Assembly: GCA_029269845.2 (NCBI GenBank)
Contig: CP149973.1
Coordinates: 900,001-932,000, forward strand
Length of the DNA: 32,000 bases
Direction of reading: 5' to 3'
Origin: Opitutia bacterium KCR 482
Lineage (GTDB): Bacteria > Verrucomicrobiota > Verrucomicrobiia > Opitutales > Intestinicryptomonadaceae
Shown here piece after piece: positions 16,914 through 24,365 of the stretch. The position numbers were made by a program, and so were the translations under genes. The notes under the pieces were generated by a model. The model was not told the DNA's origin. It did no database searches and saw only the letters and a program-made list of their open reading frames with translations. Positions within the stretch are counted from its first letter, which is position 1. Every line of letters begins with the position of its first letter.

Positions 16914-18695
16914 CTATTTTTCGAACACTCTGTAGCCCAGCGACGGCACCGAAACGCCCTTGTGCGCAAAAGGCTTGTCGGAATAGTTTGAAACAATTTC
17001 CGTGCCGTCGGAATAGACGGTGGAATACACGCCGTCGGCAATCTGCTCGTGGCTTTCCATGAATTGGAGTTGCAGGCGGGCAAGCTTCTTGTATTCGTCG
17101 TACGCCTCCTTGATTTTCGACACGTCGTGGACAAGCTTTTCGTCGGTCTCGCAAGTAATGTCGTCGTTGCCCATCCAGTTGCCGCTGTCGCGGAACTTGG
17201 AGTGGAAGTAGAAGCTGGGGCGTCCGCCGAACTCCACGAACTTCAGCCGCGTCTTTGCGTCCTTGATTGAATGGTTGATTGTGTACGGGCCGGGATTGTA
17301 CAACACTATGCCGTGGTAGACAATCTGCCAGACGGGAACCAAATCGTCCCAGTACGAATACAGCTTGTCGCGTCCGAGCGCGAACGAAACGTATAGAACG
17401 GAATCCACAACAGAAAAGCCGTGGTCGTAGCCGCCCTCCGACATCGAGCCGCCGAATGTCTTGTTGCAGTATTCGAAAATCTTGTTCATGTACGCCGACG
17501 CCTCTTCGGGGGTTGTGGGGTGCCTGGGGTCGAAGCATTCGCGGGCGGGAACGCATGTCGAAACGTCTATGTAGTGCATGCCCTTGAAGCCCAAGTCGGC
17601 GACTTTCGCGAGGTCGTGCTCGCCGAAGCGTTCGTAGGCGCGTTTCCAGCAGACGTCGTACATCTCGCCGCCGCTCCACGGAGTCGGATTCTTTTGCAGC
17701 GAGCCGTCGGGCTTCTTGATGATGTACTCTTCGCTCCACACGTCTGCGATTTCGTAGGCGTCGGTGCTGTTTGTGTGGCAGGTAATTTGGTAGCCGTCGG
17801 CAAGCGTGTTTTTGATAAGCTCGCGGAGCTTCGCCTCGCCTCCGAGCTTCGGCTCTACGGGGAACATCTGCGGATAGCGGCCGTCGTGCCCGCTCTTGTT
17901 CCAGCCCACGAGGCAGATTTCAGCCTTGTCCACGCCCTGACGCTTCAGCTCGCGCACGATGTCGCCTACCCTGTCGAATGTGACCACAACCTTCATTTCT
18001 GGCTCGTTTTCGAGGGTCTGGTGGATTACCTTCGGAGGCGCGGGCTTCCAGCCCTGACGCACCCTGATTTCGGGCGCATAAACGCAGTATTCGAGCGCGG
18101 GCCTTTCCTTGATTTTTTCGGACAGCGGCCTTACCGCGCCCGATTCAAGCTTGTATTTGCGGTAGGCGCGCGCCATACCAGAATAGTTTGCGTCGCCGCC
18201 TTCAAGCTTGACGTAGTCAATGAGAACGTCGGCGTAGGGTTTGAGGTGCTTGAAGTCGAAGAAAACGGTCTGCGTGTACGAGTCTCCCTTTTTGACGTTC
18301 TTCGCCGAAAAGAAATACGGCATTGACTTGACTATCGACGCGTACGCGCCCGCAGGGGTTTTCGAGCCTACAAACGCCATGTGCCCGCGCTTGATTTCCA
18401 CCCTGCCGTCCTTGCGGTCGAGAAATTTTGTCATCGCGCCGTTCGGCAGAATGAAATAGCCGTCGTCGCCTACTTTCGCCCGCGCGAAGTCGGGCGTGAG
18501 TTCGAGCCGCTCGACGTCGGACGGAATTTCCGATGCCGCAATTTTGAGTCTGTATGTGTCGGGCGAAATCTTTTCGGGCTTGACCGTCTTGGTCTCCGAT
18601 TTTCCGCCGCCGCGCACAAATGTTATATCGACGCTCTGCGCTGAAAGCGAAACCGCCGCCGAAAGCAAAAGAATAAGTGTGTTTATTTTCCTCAT
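16914..18695 (-). CDS. Secreted hypothetical protein, possible TIM-barrel glycosidase-like fold (family not identified)
   Basis: 593 aa from the ATG at 18695, with signal peptide MRKINTLILLLSAAVSLSAQS. The central block CLVGWNKSGHDGRYPQMFPVEPKLGG..CHTNSTDAY resembles uncharacterised glycosidase-like DUF proteins. That assignment is from memory and not verifiable here. Confidence 0.7.
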   Translation of the reverse strand: MRKINTLILLLSAAVSLSAQSVDITFVRGGGKSETKTVKPEKISPDTYRLKIAASEIPSDVERLELTPDFARAKVGDDGYFILPNGAMTKFLDRKDGRVEIKRGHMAFVGSKTPAGAYASIVKSMPYFFSAKNVKKGDSYTQTVFFDFKHLKPYADVLIDYVKLEGGDANYSGMARAYRKYKLESGAVRPLSEKIKERPALEYCVYAPEIRVRQGWKPAPPKVIHQTLENEPEMKVVVTFDRVGDIVRELKRQGVDKAEICLVGWNKSGHDGRYPQMFPVEPKLGGEAKLRELIKNTLADGYQITCHTNSTDAYEIADVWSEEYIIKKPDGSLQKNPTPWSGGEMYDVCWKRAYERFGEHDLAKVADLGFKGMHYIDVSTCVPARECFDPRHPTTPEEASAYMNKIFEYCNKTFGGSMSEGGYDHGFSVVDSVLYVSFALGRDKLYSYWDDLVPVWQIVYHGIVLYNPGPYTINHSIKDAKTRLKFVEFGGRPSFYFHSKFRDSGNWMGNDDITCETDEKLVHDVSKIKEAYDEYKKLARLQLQFMESHEQIADGVYSTVYSDGTEIVSNYSDKPFAHKGVSVPSLGYRVFEK

Positions 18696-18804
18696 AAATT
18701 TGAAAAAGTAAAACGCTCTAACGTTAGAAACAAGCAAAAAAATCCGCCGCATTTCAAAAATTTGTTGAAAACCCGAACGCGCGGCGGAAAATCGCGGAAT
18801 TTAA

Positions 18805-19536
18805 ATGAAATTCGAAAAAACATATCCCGTAAGAGCCGCCGAAATGTCGCCCGAATACAGGCTGAAAAAGTACTATGTCGGCATGTATTTTCAGGAGTGT
18901 TTTGCCGAATACGCCGCGTCGGTGGGGCTTGCCGCATTCGACACGGCGAAAATCGGGCGCACTTGGCTGACCTCCGACGCGCGGGTCGATTTCACGGGGC
19001 AAATGCCGTTCTGGCGCGAAGACGTGAAAATTTCGACATGGGTCGGGAAAATCACGCCCGCGCGGATTTTCGTGAGCGCGGTCGCCGAATGCGGCGGCGC
19101 GGAAATCGCCTGCGGGGAATCGGTGCACGTCATAGCCGACGCAAAAACCCACAAGCCAGAGCGCAGCGCGGGATTCGCCGAAAAATTCGGAATCGGCGGC
19201 GGCAGGGCTTTCCCCGCCGAAACATTCGGCAAGCCCAAAATCCCCGACGGCGCGTACGGAATTTTCGAAACATCGCAGGTCGTCAGGTTCGACGAGCTTG
19301 ACTTCAACATGCACCTCAACAACGTAAGATACGTTCCGCGCGCGCTCGAAGCCTTGCCCGAAAATTTCCGCGCCGAACACAAACTGCTCTCCTACCGCAT
19401 AAAATTTCTGCGCGAGGCGAAATTCGGCGACACCATTGTCTCGCGGGCTGTCCCCGCCGGGAACGAATGCCTGCACGTTCTCGCCAAAAGCTCCGACGGC
19501 GCGGAACTCTGCCGAATGAAAAGCGTTTGGGCGTAA
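18805..19536 (+). CDS. Acyl-ACP thioesterase (FatA/B-type, double hotdog)
   Basis: 243 aa. The N-terminal part (YPVRAAEMSPEYRLK..YFQE..) and second-half motif DELDFNMHLNNVRYV are typical of PF01643. Confidence 0.8.
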   Translation: MKFEKTYPVRAAEMSPEYRLKKYYVGMYFQECFAEYAASVGLAAFDTAKIGRTWLTSDARVDFTGQMPFWREDVKISTWVGKITPARIFVSAVAECGGAEIACGESVHVIADAKTHKPERSAGFAEKFGIGGGRAFPAETFGKPKIPDGAYGIFETSQVVRFDELDFNMHLNNVRYVPRALEALPENFRAEHKLLSYRIKFLREAKFGDTIVSRAVPAGNECLHVLAKSSDGAELCRMKSVWA

Positions 19537-19587
19537 AAATTTCCTTGCAAAAGGCTTTAACATCTATTCACTTACCGCCCTTACATT

Positions 19588-19956
19588 ATGAAACATACCG
19601 AAGACATTATAGTCAAGCTGCTGCAAATCCGCGAGGCAAGAAAACTTGCGGAGTCGAATGTAATGTCCGACGAAGACACGGAAAAACTCCGCGACCTCAT
19701 CGCGGCGAACCGCAGGCAGATTCCGTCGTTCGCGCTGTCGCATTTCGACAGGCTCGAATCGGACGGCAAAAGCGGTCTCGCGGAAGTCGTTGACGGCAAG
19801 TGCGCGGCTTGCGGCGCGGAAATATCGGCAGACGAGATTGAATATCTCGAAAAAAACAGAAATATCGGCGTTTGCGACAACTGCTTCGCCTTTATCTACA
19901 TGCCCGACGAAAAATACAACGTCGCCGATTCCGTTAAAAAGCTCCTCACAAAATGA
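19588..19956 (+). CDS. Zinc-ribbon domain protein with N-terminal helical region
   Basis: 122 aa with CAAC..(21 aa)..CDNC (C4 zinc ribbon, COG1579/zf-RING_7-like C-terminus). ATGA overlap with the SulP gene. Confidence 0.7.
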   Translation: MKHTEDIIVKLLQIREARKLAESNVMSDEDTEKLRDLIAANRRQIPSFALSHFDRLESDGKSGLAEVVDGKCAACGAEISADEIEYLEKNRNIGVCDNCFAFIYMPDEKYNVADSVKKLLTK

Positions 19957-21653
19957 GTCATTCCAAATTCTCGTTCCGCCCCAAAATGCTCGACTGCATG
20001 AAGGGCTATAACCGTTCCGTTTTCGCCGCCGACCTGTGCGCGGGTTTTAGCGTCGGAATCCTCGCCCTCCCGCTGGCAATGGCGTTCGGCATAGCAAGCG
20101 GCGTCACGCCCGAACAGGGCATCTACACGGCGATTGTCGCGGGCTTTATAATCTCGGTCTTCGGCGGCTCGAAAGTCCAAATCGGCGGCCCGACTGGCGC
20201 GTTCATCGTAATCGTGGCGGGAATCATCGGGCAGTACGGGTATGCGTCGCTTGCGGTGGCGACGCTCCTTGCGGGCGTCTTCCTCATCGTGATGGGCATT
20301 ACGAAAATGGGCAACGCAATCCGCTACATTCCGCGCCCCGTCGTAGTGGGCTTCACAAACGGCATCGCAATCCTCATCATGTCCACGCAGGTGAAGGACT
20401 TTTTCGGGCTGCAAATCGACAAAGTGCCCGAAGACTTCATTCCCAAGTGCGTCGCAATCTGCAAGGCAATCGGCACGACGCACATTCCCACGCTTTTCAT
20501 CGGGCTGCTCTCGATGCTCGTAATCGTCTACTGGCCGCTGTCGTGGCGCAAGCGCATTCCGGGACAAATCGGCGCGATTTTCGTCGGCACCTTCGCCGCG
20601 CTTGCGATGTCGAAGTTCGGCTGGGAAACGGAGACAATCTACACGCGCTTCGGCGACATTCCGAATTCGCTCCCCCAATTCAAATGGATTGACATAGATT
20701 TCGCCAACATCAAAAACCTGCTCATGCCCGCGTTCACCATCGCGCTCTTGGCGGCGATTGAATCGCTCCTTTCGGCGGTCGTTGCCGACGGCATGATTGA
20801 CGACAAGCACGACTCAAATCAGGAGCTTATCGCGCAGGGCATGGCGAACATCGCAGCCCCCTTCTTCCTCGGCATTCCCGCAACGGGCGCGATTGCCCGA
20901 ACCGCAACCAACATCAAAAACGGCGGGCGCACGCCGATTGCGGGCGTCGTGCACTGCGCGGTTCTGCTCTGCATACTCGTGTTCGCCGCGCCCTACGCGC
21001 AATACATTCCGCTTGCGACGCTCTCGGCGGTTCTGTTCGTCGTGGCGTTCAATATGGGCGACTGGTCGGCTTTCCCCGAAATGCGCCTGCTGCCGCGCTC
21101 CGACGACGTCGTATTCGTCTCGACGTTCCTGCTCACCGTGGTTTTCGGTCTGACGCTCGCAATCGAAGTCGGTATGATTCTTGCGGCAATGCTCTTTATT
21201 AGGAGAGTCTCGCAGACGACGCAGGTCATGCTCGTAGACAAAAAGCTCGAAACAGACCTCTCGAAATACTCGCTCGAAGGCAAGGACGTTCCCGAAGGCG
21301 TGATGATTTTCCGAATCTTCGGCGCGCTGATGTTCGGCGCGGCGGACAAGCTTGAAAGCATTTTGACATCGATGGGCGAACGCCCCAAAATCGCAATTTT
21401 GCGCATGCGCACGGTTCTCGCAATGGACGCAACCGCCCTCGACGTGCTCGACAGACTCTACGAAAAATTAAAGGCAAAAGACGTCGTACTCATGATTACG
21501 GGTGCGCACTCCCAGCCCCTCCACATGATGCAAAAATCGGGCTTCCTCAACAAAATCGGCGAAGAATATGTCCTCGAAAATATCGACGCCGCCCTCGAAA
21601 AATCCCGCGAAATCCTTGGGCGCGAGCCGCGCCAGTCGACGGAACTTCGGTAG
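19953..21653 (+). CDS. SulP family inorganic anion transporter with C-terminal STAS domain
   Basis: 566 aa with multiple TM segments. SulP-like motifs (GLLAGITVGILALPLAMAFG-type N-terminus, AQGMANIAAPFFLGIPATGAIARTA), and a STAS-like tail (ILRMRTVLAMDATALDVL). Confidence 0.92.
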   Translation: MSHSKFSFRPKMLDCMKGYNRSVFAADLCAGFSVGILALPLAMAFGIASGVTPEQGIYTAIVAGFIISVFGGSKVQIGGPTGAFIVIVAGIIGQYGYASLAVATLLAGVFLIVMGITKMGNAIRYIPRPVVVGFTNGIAILIMSTQVKDFFGLQIDKVPEDFIPKCVAICKAIGTTHIPTLFIGLLSMLVIVYWPLSWRKRIPGQIGAIFVGTFAALAMSKFGWETETIYTRFGDIPNSLPQFKWIDIDFANIKNLLMPAFTIALLAAIESLLSAVVADGMIDDKHDSNQELIAQGMANIAAPFFLGIPATGAIARTATNIKNGGRTPIAGVVHCAVLLCILVFAAPYAQYIPLATLSAVLFVVAFNMGDWSAFPEMRLLPRSDDVVFVSTFLLTVVFGLTLAIEVGMILAAMLFIRRVSQTTQVMLVDKKLETDLSKYSLEGKDVPEGVMIFRIFGALMFGAADKLESILTSMGERPKIAILRMRTVLAMDATALDVLDRLYEKLKAKDVVLMITGAHSQPLHMMQKSGFLNKIGEEYVLENIDAALEKSREILGREPRQSTELR

Positions 21654-21896
21654 GCTGCAGCCTACACGGCGTCGGAGCTTCGCTCCTTTCGGTGATTATG
21701 CGGCGCGGCTATAACCGCGGGCGCAAGTTGCGCCTCCCTACGGAGCTTCGCTCCTCATAGTGATTACACGCGGCAAGTATACTTGCCGCTTTTCTGTATC
21801 AGTTCGTATTGGCTTCGCCAATTACTCGTGTTGGGACTGCCGAACAGTAGAGAGAAACAGTTTAAAATAGACGCGCATTGCGCGAAAAAATAAAAA

Positions 21897-21934
21897 GCGG
21901 AAATTCCAAGACTTGGAATCTCCGCTTACTTTTT
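21897..21934 (+). terminator. Terminator-like hairpin inside R2 (possible end of the SulP transcript)
   Basis: gcggaaattccaag-a-cttggaatctccgc (one A-C mismatch) followed by ttacttttt and preceded by an A-rich tract. The R1 counterpart (346-369) keeps the hairpin but lacks the T-run. Confidence 0.45.
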
Positions 21935-21993
21935 AACTAAACTTTTATCCCAACGCATTCTAAAAAACTTCGTGCGTTAGCACACATTTGTTA

Positions 21994-22115
21994 GGGGCGT
22001 CAAAGTGCCGTTCAGGCGGTGGCTTTCACGCACAGGCAGGACGCGTGGCGTACTTCTGTACGCGAGCGGTCTGACTGCGCGGGGAAACGCCGCATCAACG
22101 GTGCTTTCACGCCCC
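21994..22115 (+). ncRNA. X1: full 122-nt rod-like hairpin element (candidate structured RNA)
   Basis: ggggcgt/acgcccc, a C-C mismatch, aaagtgccgtt/aacggtgcttt (two G-U pairs), gcgg/ccgc, and the apical gcgtac-ttct-gtacgc. The conserved 3'-arm string agcggtctg is present. Confidence 0.5.
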
Positions 22116-22116
22116 G

Positions 22117-22176
22117 TGCGCGTCAAAGTGCCTTTATAAGGGTGGCTTTCCTGTGCTCGCAGGGCGCGTGGCGTAC
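22117..22176 (+). repeat. X'2: 5'-arm-only half copy of X
   Basis: Its 41-nt 3' stretch is identical to the 5' arm of X2 (ataagggtggctttcctgtgctcgcagggcgcgtggcgtac). It is truncated at the same apical position as X'1. Confidence 0.7.
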
Positions 22177-22274
22177 GCGACTATCCGCAAATATAAGTCG
22201 GCTCACCAACCTAACAACTCCACTTTTATCCCAACGCAACCTAAAAATCTTCCGCGCCGTGCGCTGTAATTTTA

Positions 22275-22397
22275 GGGGCGTCAAAGTGCTTTCATAAGGG
22301 TGGCTTTCCTGTGCTCGCAGGGCGCGTGGCGTACTTGTCGTACGCGAGCGGTCTGCGGGTACAGGGAAACGCCCTTAGGGAAGTACTTTCACGCCCC
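22275..22397 (+). ncRNA. X2: full 123-nt rod-like hairpin element (candidate structured RNA)
   Basis: ggggcgt/acgcccc, a C-C mismatch, aaagtgctttc/ggaagtacttt, taaggg/ccctta, cctgtgctcg/cgggtacagg, and the apical gcgtac-ttgtc-gtacgc. Confidence 0.5.
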
Positions 22398-22404
22398 GTG
22401 CCGC

Positions 22405-23787
22405 TTAGAAGAGACGTATGCGCGAGGGCAGGAACTCGCTGCGGTAGGCGTAGAGCGACTTTATGTACTTGTCCGCCTTCGGATAGTTCAGGAACGACAT
22501 CGTCTTCGGGTCGTACACCAGCGGAATGTTCGGTTCGCAGAGCGCGACCATTCCCAGCAACGCCATTTCCGTGAACGGAGCCGCGTAGTCGAAATTGCCA
22601 ACCGACTGCCTGCCTTCCAAGCAGCAGATTGCCCATTCCTTGTGCGGATTGTTCGGGGCAACCGAGCGGGGAATCGTCTTCTTCGGGAGCGCGCCCGATT
22701 TCGCCAAATCCTTCATGCGCGAAGCCGGCCAAATGCGCGAGCCTACGCCGTATTCGTTGGTGTAGACTGTTTCCTTTGTGCCCACGATGAATGTCGCGTT
22801 GTTGTTGCGCGGGTCGTCGAGGAACGACTTGTCCACGCGCTTAATCGCCTTCGGCTTTCTGCCGCCGTCGTACCAGTGCAGGCGGATTTTTCCGCCGACG
22901 CCGCGCTCGTTTGCGAACGTCATAACCGACGACGCCTGACTCGGCCAGCTGTAATCGTTGAAAGGTGTGGAATTGCCGACAACCTCCTGCGGGAAGCCGA
23001 GGTCGAACGCCGAATACGGAACGTCGAGGAAGTGGCACGCCATGTCGCCCGCAGCTCCCGTACCGTAGTTGCGCAGACCGCGCCAGTTGAACGGAACGAA
23101 CGCCTTGTTGTAGGGCTGGTAGGGCGCGACGCCGAGCCACAGGTTGTAGTCGAGCGTGGCGGGCACGGGCTGACCCGCAGGCATTTTGAGGTCGCCCTGC
23201 GGCCAAATCGGGCGGTTTGTCCAAATGTGGATGTCTTCGATTTCACCGAGGATTCCGGCTTCGTACCATTCGCGGATTACGCGCCAGCCCTCGTTGGTGT
23301 GCCCCTGATTGCCCATTTGCGTGATGACGCCAGCCTTTTTGGCGAGACGCTTCAATTCTTCCGCTTCCCAAATTGTGCGGGTAAGTGGCTTTTCGCAGAA
23401 GACGTGCTTGCCGTTGGCAATTGCCCACGCGGCAATCGGGTAGTGCATGTGGTCGGGAGTGCAGACGGCGACGGCGTCGATGGAATCGCCGAGCTTGTCG
23501 AACATCACGCGGTAGTCGCGGAAGCGGGGAACTGCGGGGAAATCCTTGTAGGCCTTTGCCGCGCGGACGTCGTCAACGTCGCAGAACGCGGTGAGCTTGA
23601 CCCTTTCGAACGCGCCGAGCGACTTGACCGCCGCATAGCCGCGGCCGCCGCAACCGACAACCGCCACGCGGAGCAGTTCGTTTGCGCCGAATTTTTTGGT
23701 TTCGCCGAACGCGGAACGTCCGCCGAGGAACATAGCGGCACTGCCGAGCAACGCCGAATTTTTGAGGAACTCTCTTCTGTTGAACAT
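22405..23787 (-). CDS. Gfo/Idh/MocA family oxidoreductase with Tat-type signal
   Basis: N-terminus MFNRREFLKNSALLGSAAMF (twin-arginine-like), Rossmann motif LRVAVVGCGGRG, and the typical EKP (CEKPLT) motif. Confidence 0.92.
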   Translation of the reverse strand: MFNRREFLKNSALLGSAAMFLGGRSAFGETKKFGANELLRVAVVGCGGRGYAAVKSLGAFERVKLTAFCDVDDVRAAKAYKDFPAVPRFRDYRVMFDKLGDSIDAVAVCTPDHMHYPIAAWAIANGKHVFCEKPLTRTIWEAEELKRLAKKAGVITQMGNQGHTNEGWRVIREWYEAGILGEIEDIHIWTNRPIWPQGDLKMPAGQPVPATLDYNLWLGVAPYQPYNKAFVPFNWRGLRNYGTGAAGDMACHFLDVPYSAFDLGFPQEVVGNSTPFNDYSWPSQASSVMTFANERGVGGKIRLHWYDGGRKPKAIKRVDKSFLDDPRNNNATFIVGTKETVYTNEYGVGSRIWPASRMKDLAKSGALPKKTIPRSVAPNNPHKEWAICCLEGRQSVGNFDYAAPFTEMALLGMVALCEPNIPLVYDPKTMSFLNYPKADKYIKSLYAYRSEFLPSRIRLF

Positions 23788-24110
23788 GTTTTAGTCTTTG
23801 TAGTTAAGTAAAATCGGGGGAAAGCCCGCGCGGAGGCGGCATTTTCGAAAGGACGTACGCCTTGCGGCGGGCGAGGCTCGCGACTCCCCTTAAACATGTA
23901 AAATTCAAAAAGAAGTGCCAAAATAGTCAACAATTTTTTGCGTCCAAAAGCCGCGCCGAGCATGCTGCGGCGCAATTTTTCGAAATTCCGTTAAAAAATT
24001 TAAAGAAAACGCTTGATTTGTCCGAAAAAAGAATAGAGTATTATGACGGTTCGCGAGAGATTTGCCGCGGCAAGTGTCGCCCGAACCGTCAACCTCAATA
24101 GAGGCGTTCT

Positions 24111-24305
24111 ATGAAATACCGAAAAGAAAACGTCGCCGTGTTCGACTACGAACTGCGCGACGGAAACAAATTCGGCGCAACAAAATACCGCTGCCGCCCG
24201 TCGGCCTCGCTGGAAGAATACATTGAGCGGGAGTTAAAGCTCGACGGATTTTTCCGCAACAACCGCGAAATTACGGGCGCGCAAAGGGCGTTTGCGCTGA
24301 ATTAG
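24111..24305 (+). CDS. Small hypothetical protein (64 aa)
   Basis: SD tagagg lies 6 nt before the ATG. Codon usage is genome-like. It has its own terminator downstream and a hairpin leader upstream. No family recognised. Confidence 0.5.
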   Translation: MKYRKENVAVFDYELRDGNKFGATKYRCRPSASLEEYIERELKLDGFFRNNREITGAQRAFALN

Positions 24306-24365
24306 TCGCAATCGCGACGCGGGTGCGGCGAAAACTCGAACGGGCAACGACGCACTCATAAAAAA

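Larger units (their letters stand above)
21652..22397 (+). repeat. Composite noncoding multi-hairpin locus R2 (~745 nt), paralog of 53-720
   Basis: It starts at the SulP stop codon (the palindrome taggctgcagccta includes the TAG). Order of modules: 2 S modules, conserved block, hairpin plus T-run, Y3, X1, X'2, Y4, X2. It ends 7 nt before the stop of the convergent oxidoreductase gene. Confidence 0.85.

Noticed and set aside
22061-22090. A hammerhead-like core (CTG ... GAAA) in the 3' arm of X, and a resemblance of gaaacgcc to 5S rRNA or of the rod shape to SRP/6S RNA.
   Set aside because: There is no CUGAUGA box or three-way junction, and the GAAA is simply paired with TTTC of the 5' arm. 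No 5S, SRP domain IV or 6S central-bubble signatures are present. The multi-copy tandem arrangement is inconsistent with those genes.
23895-23925. A sigma54-like TGGCAC-N5/6-TTGA on the minus strand upstream of the oxidoreductase gene.
   Set aside because: The -12 element lacks the conserved GC (TTGA instead of TTGC) and the spacing is ambiguous. The overlapping TTGACT -35-like box gives an equally weak sigma70 reading, so neither is supportable.
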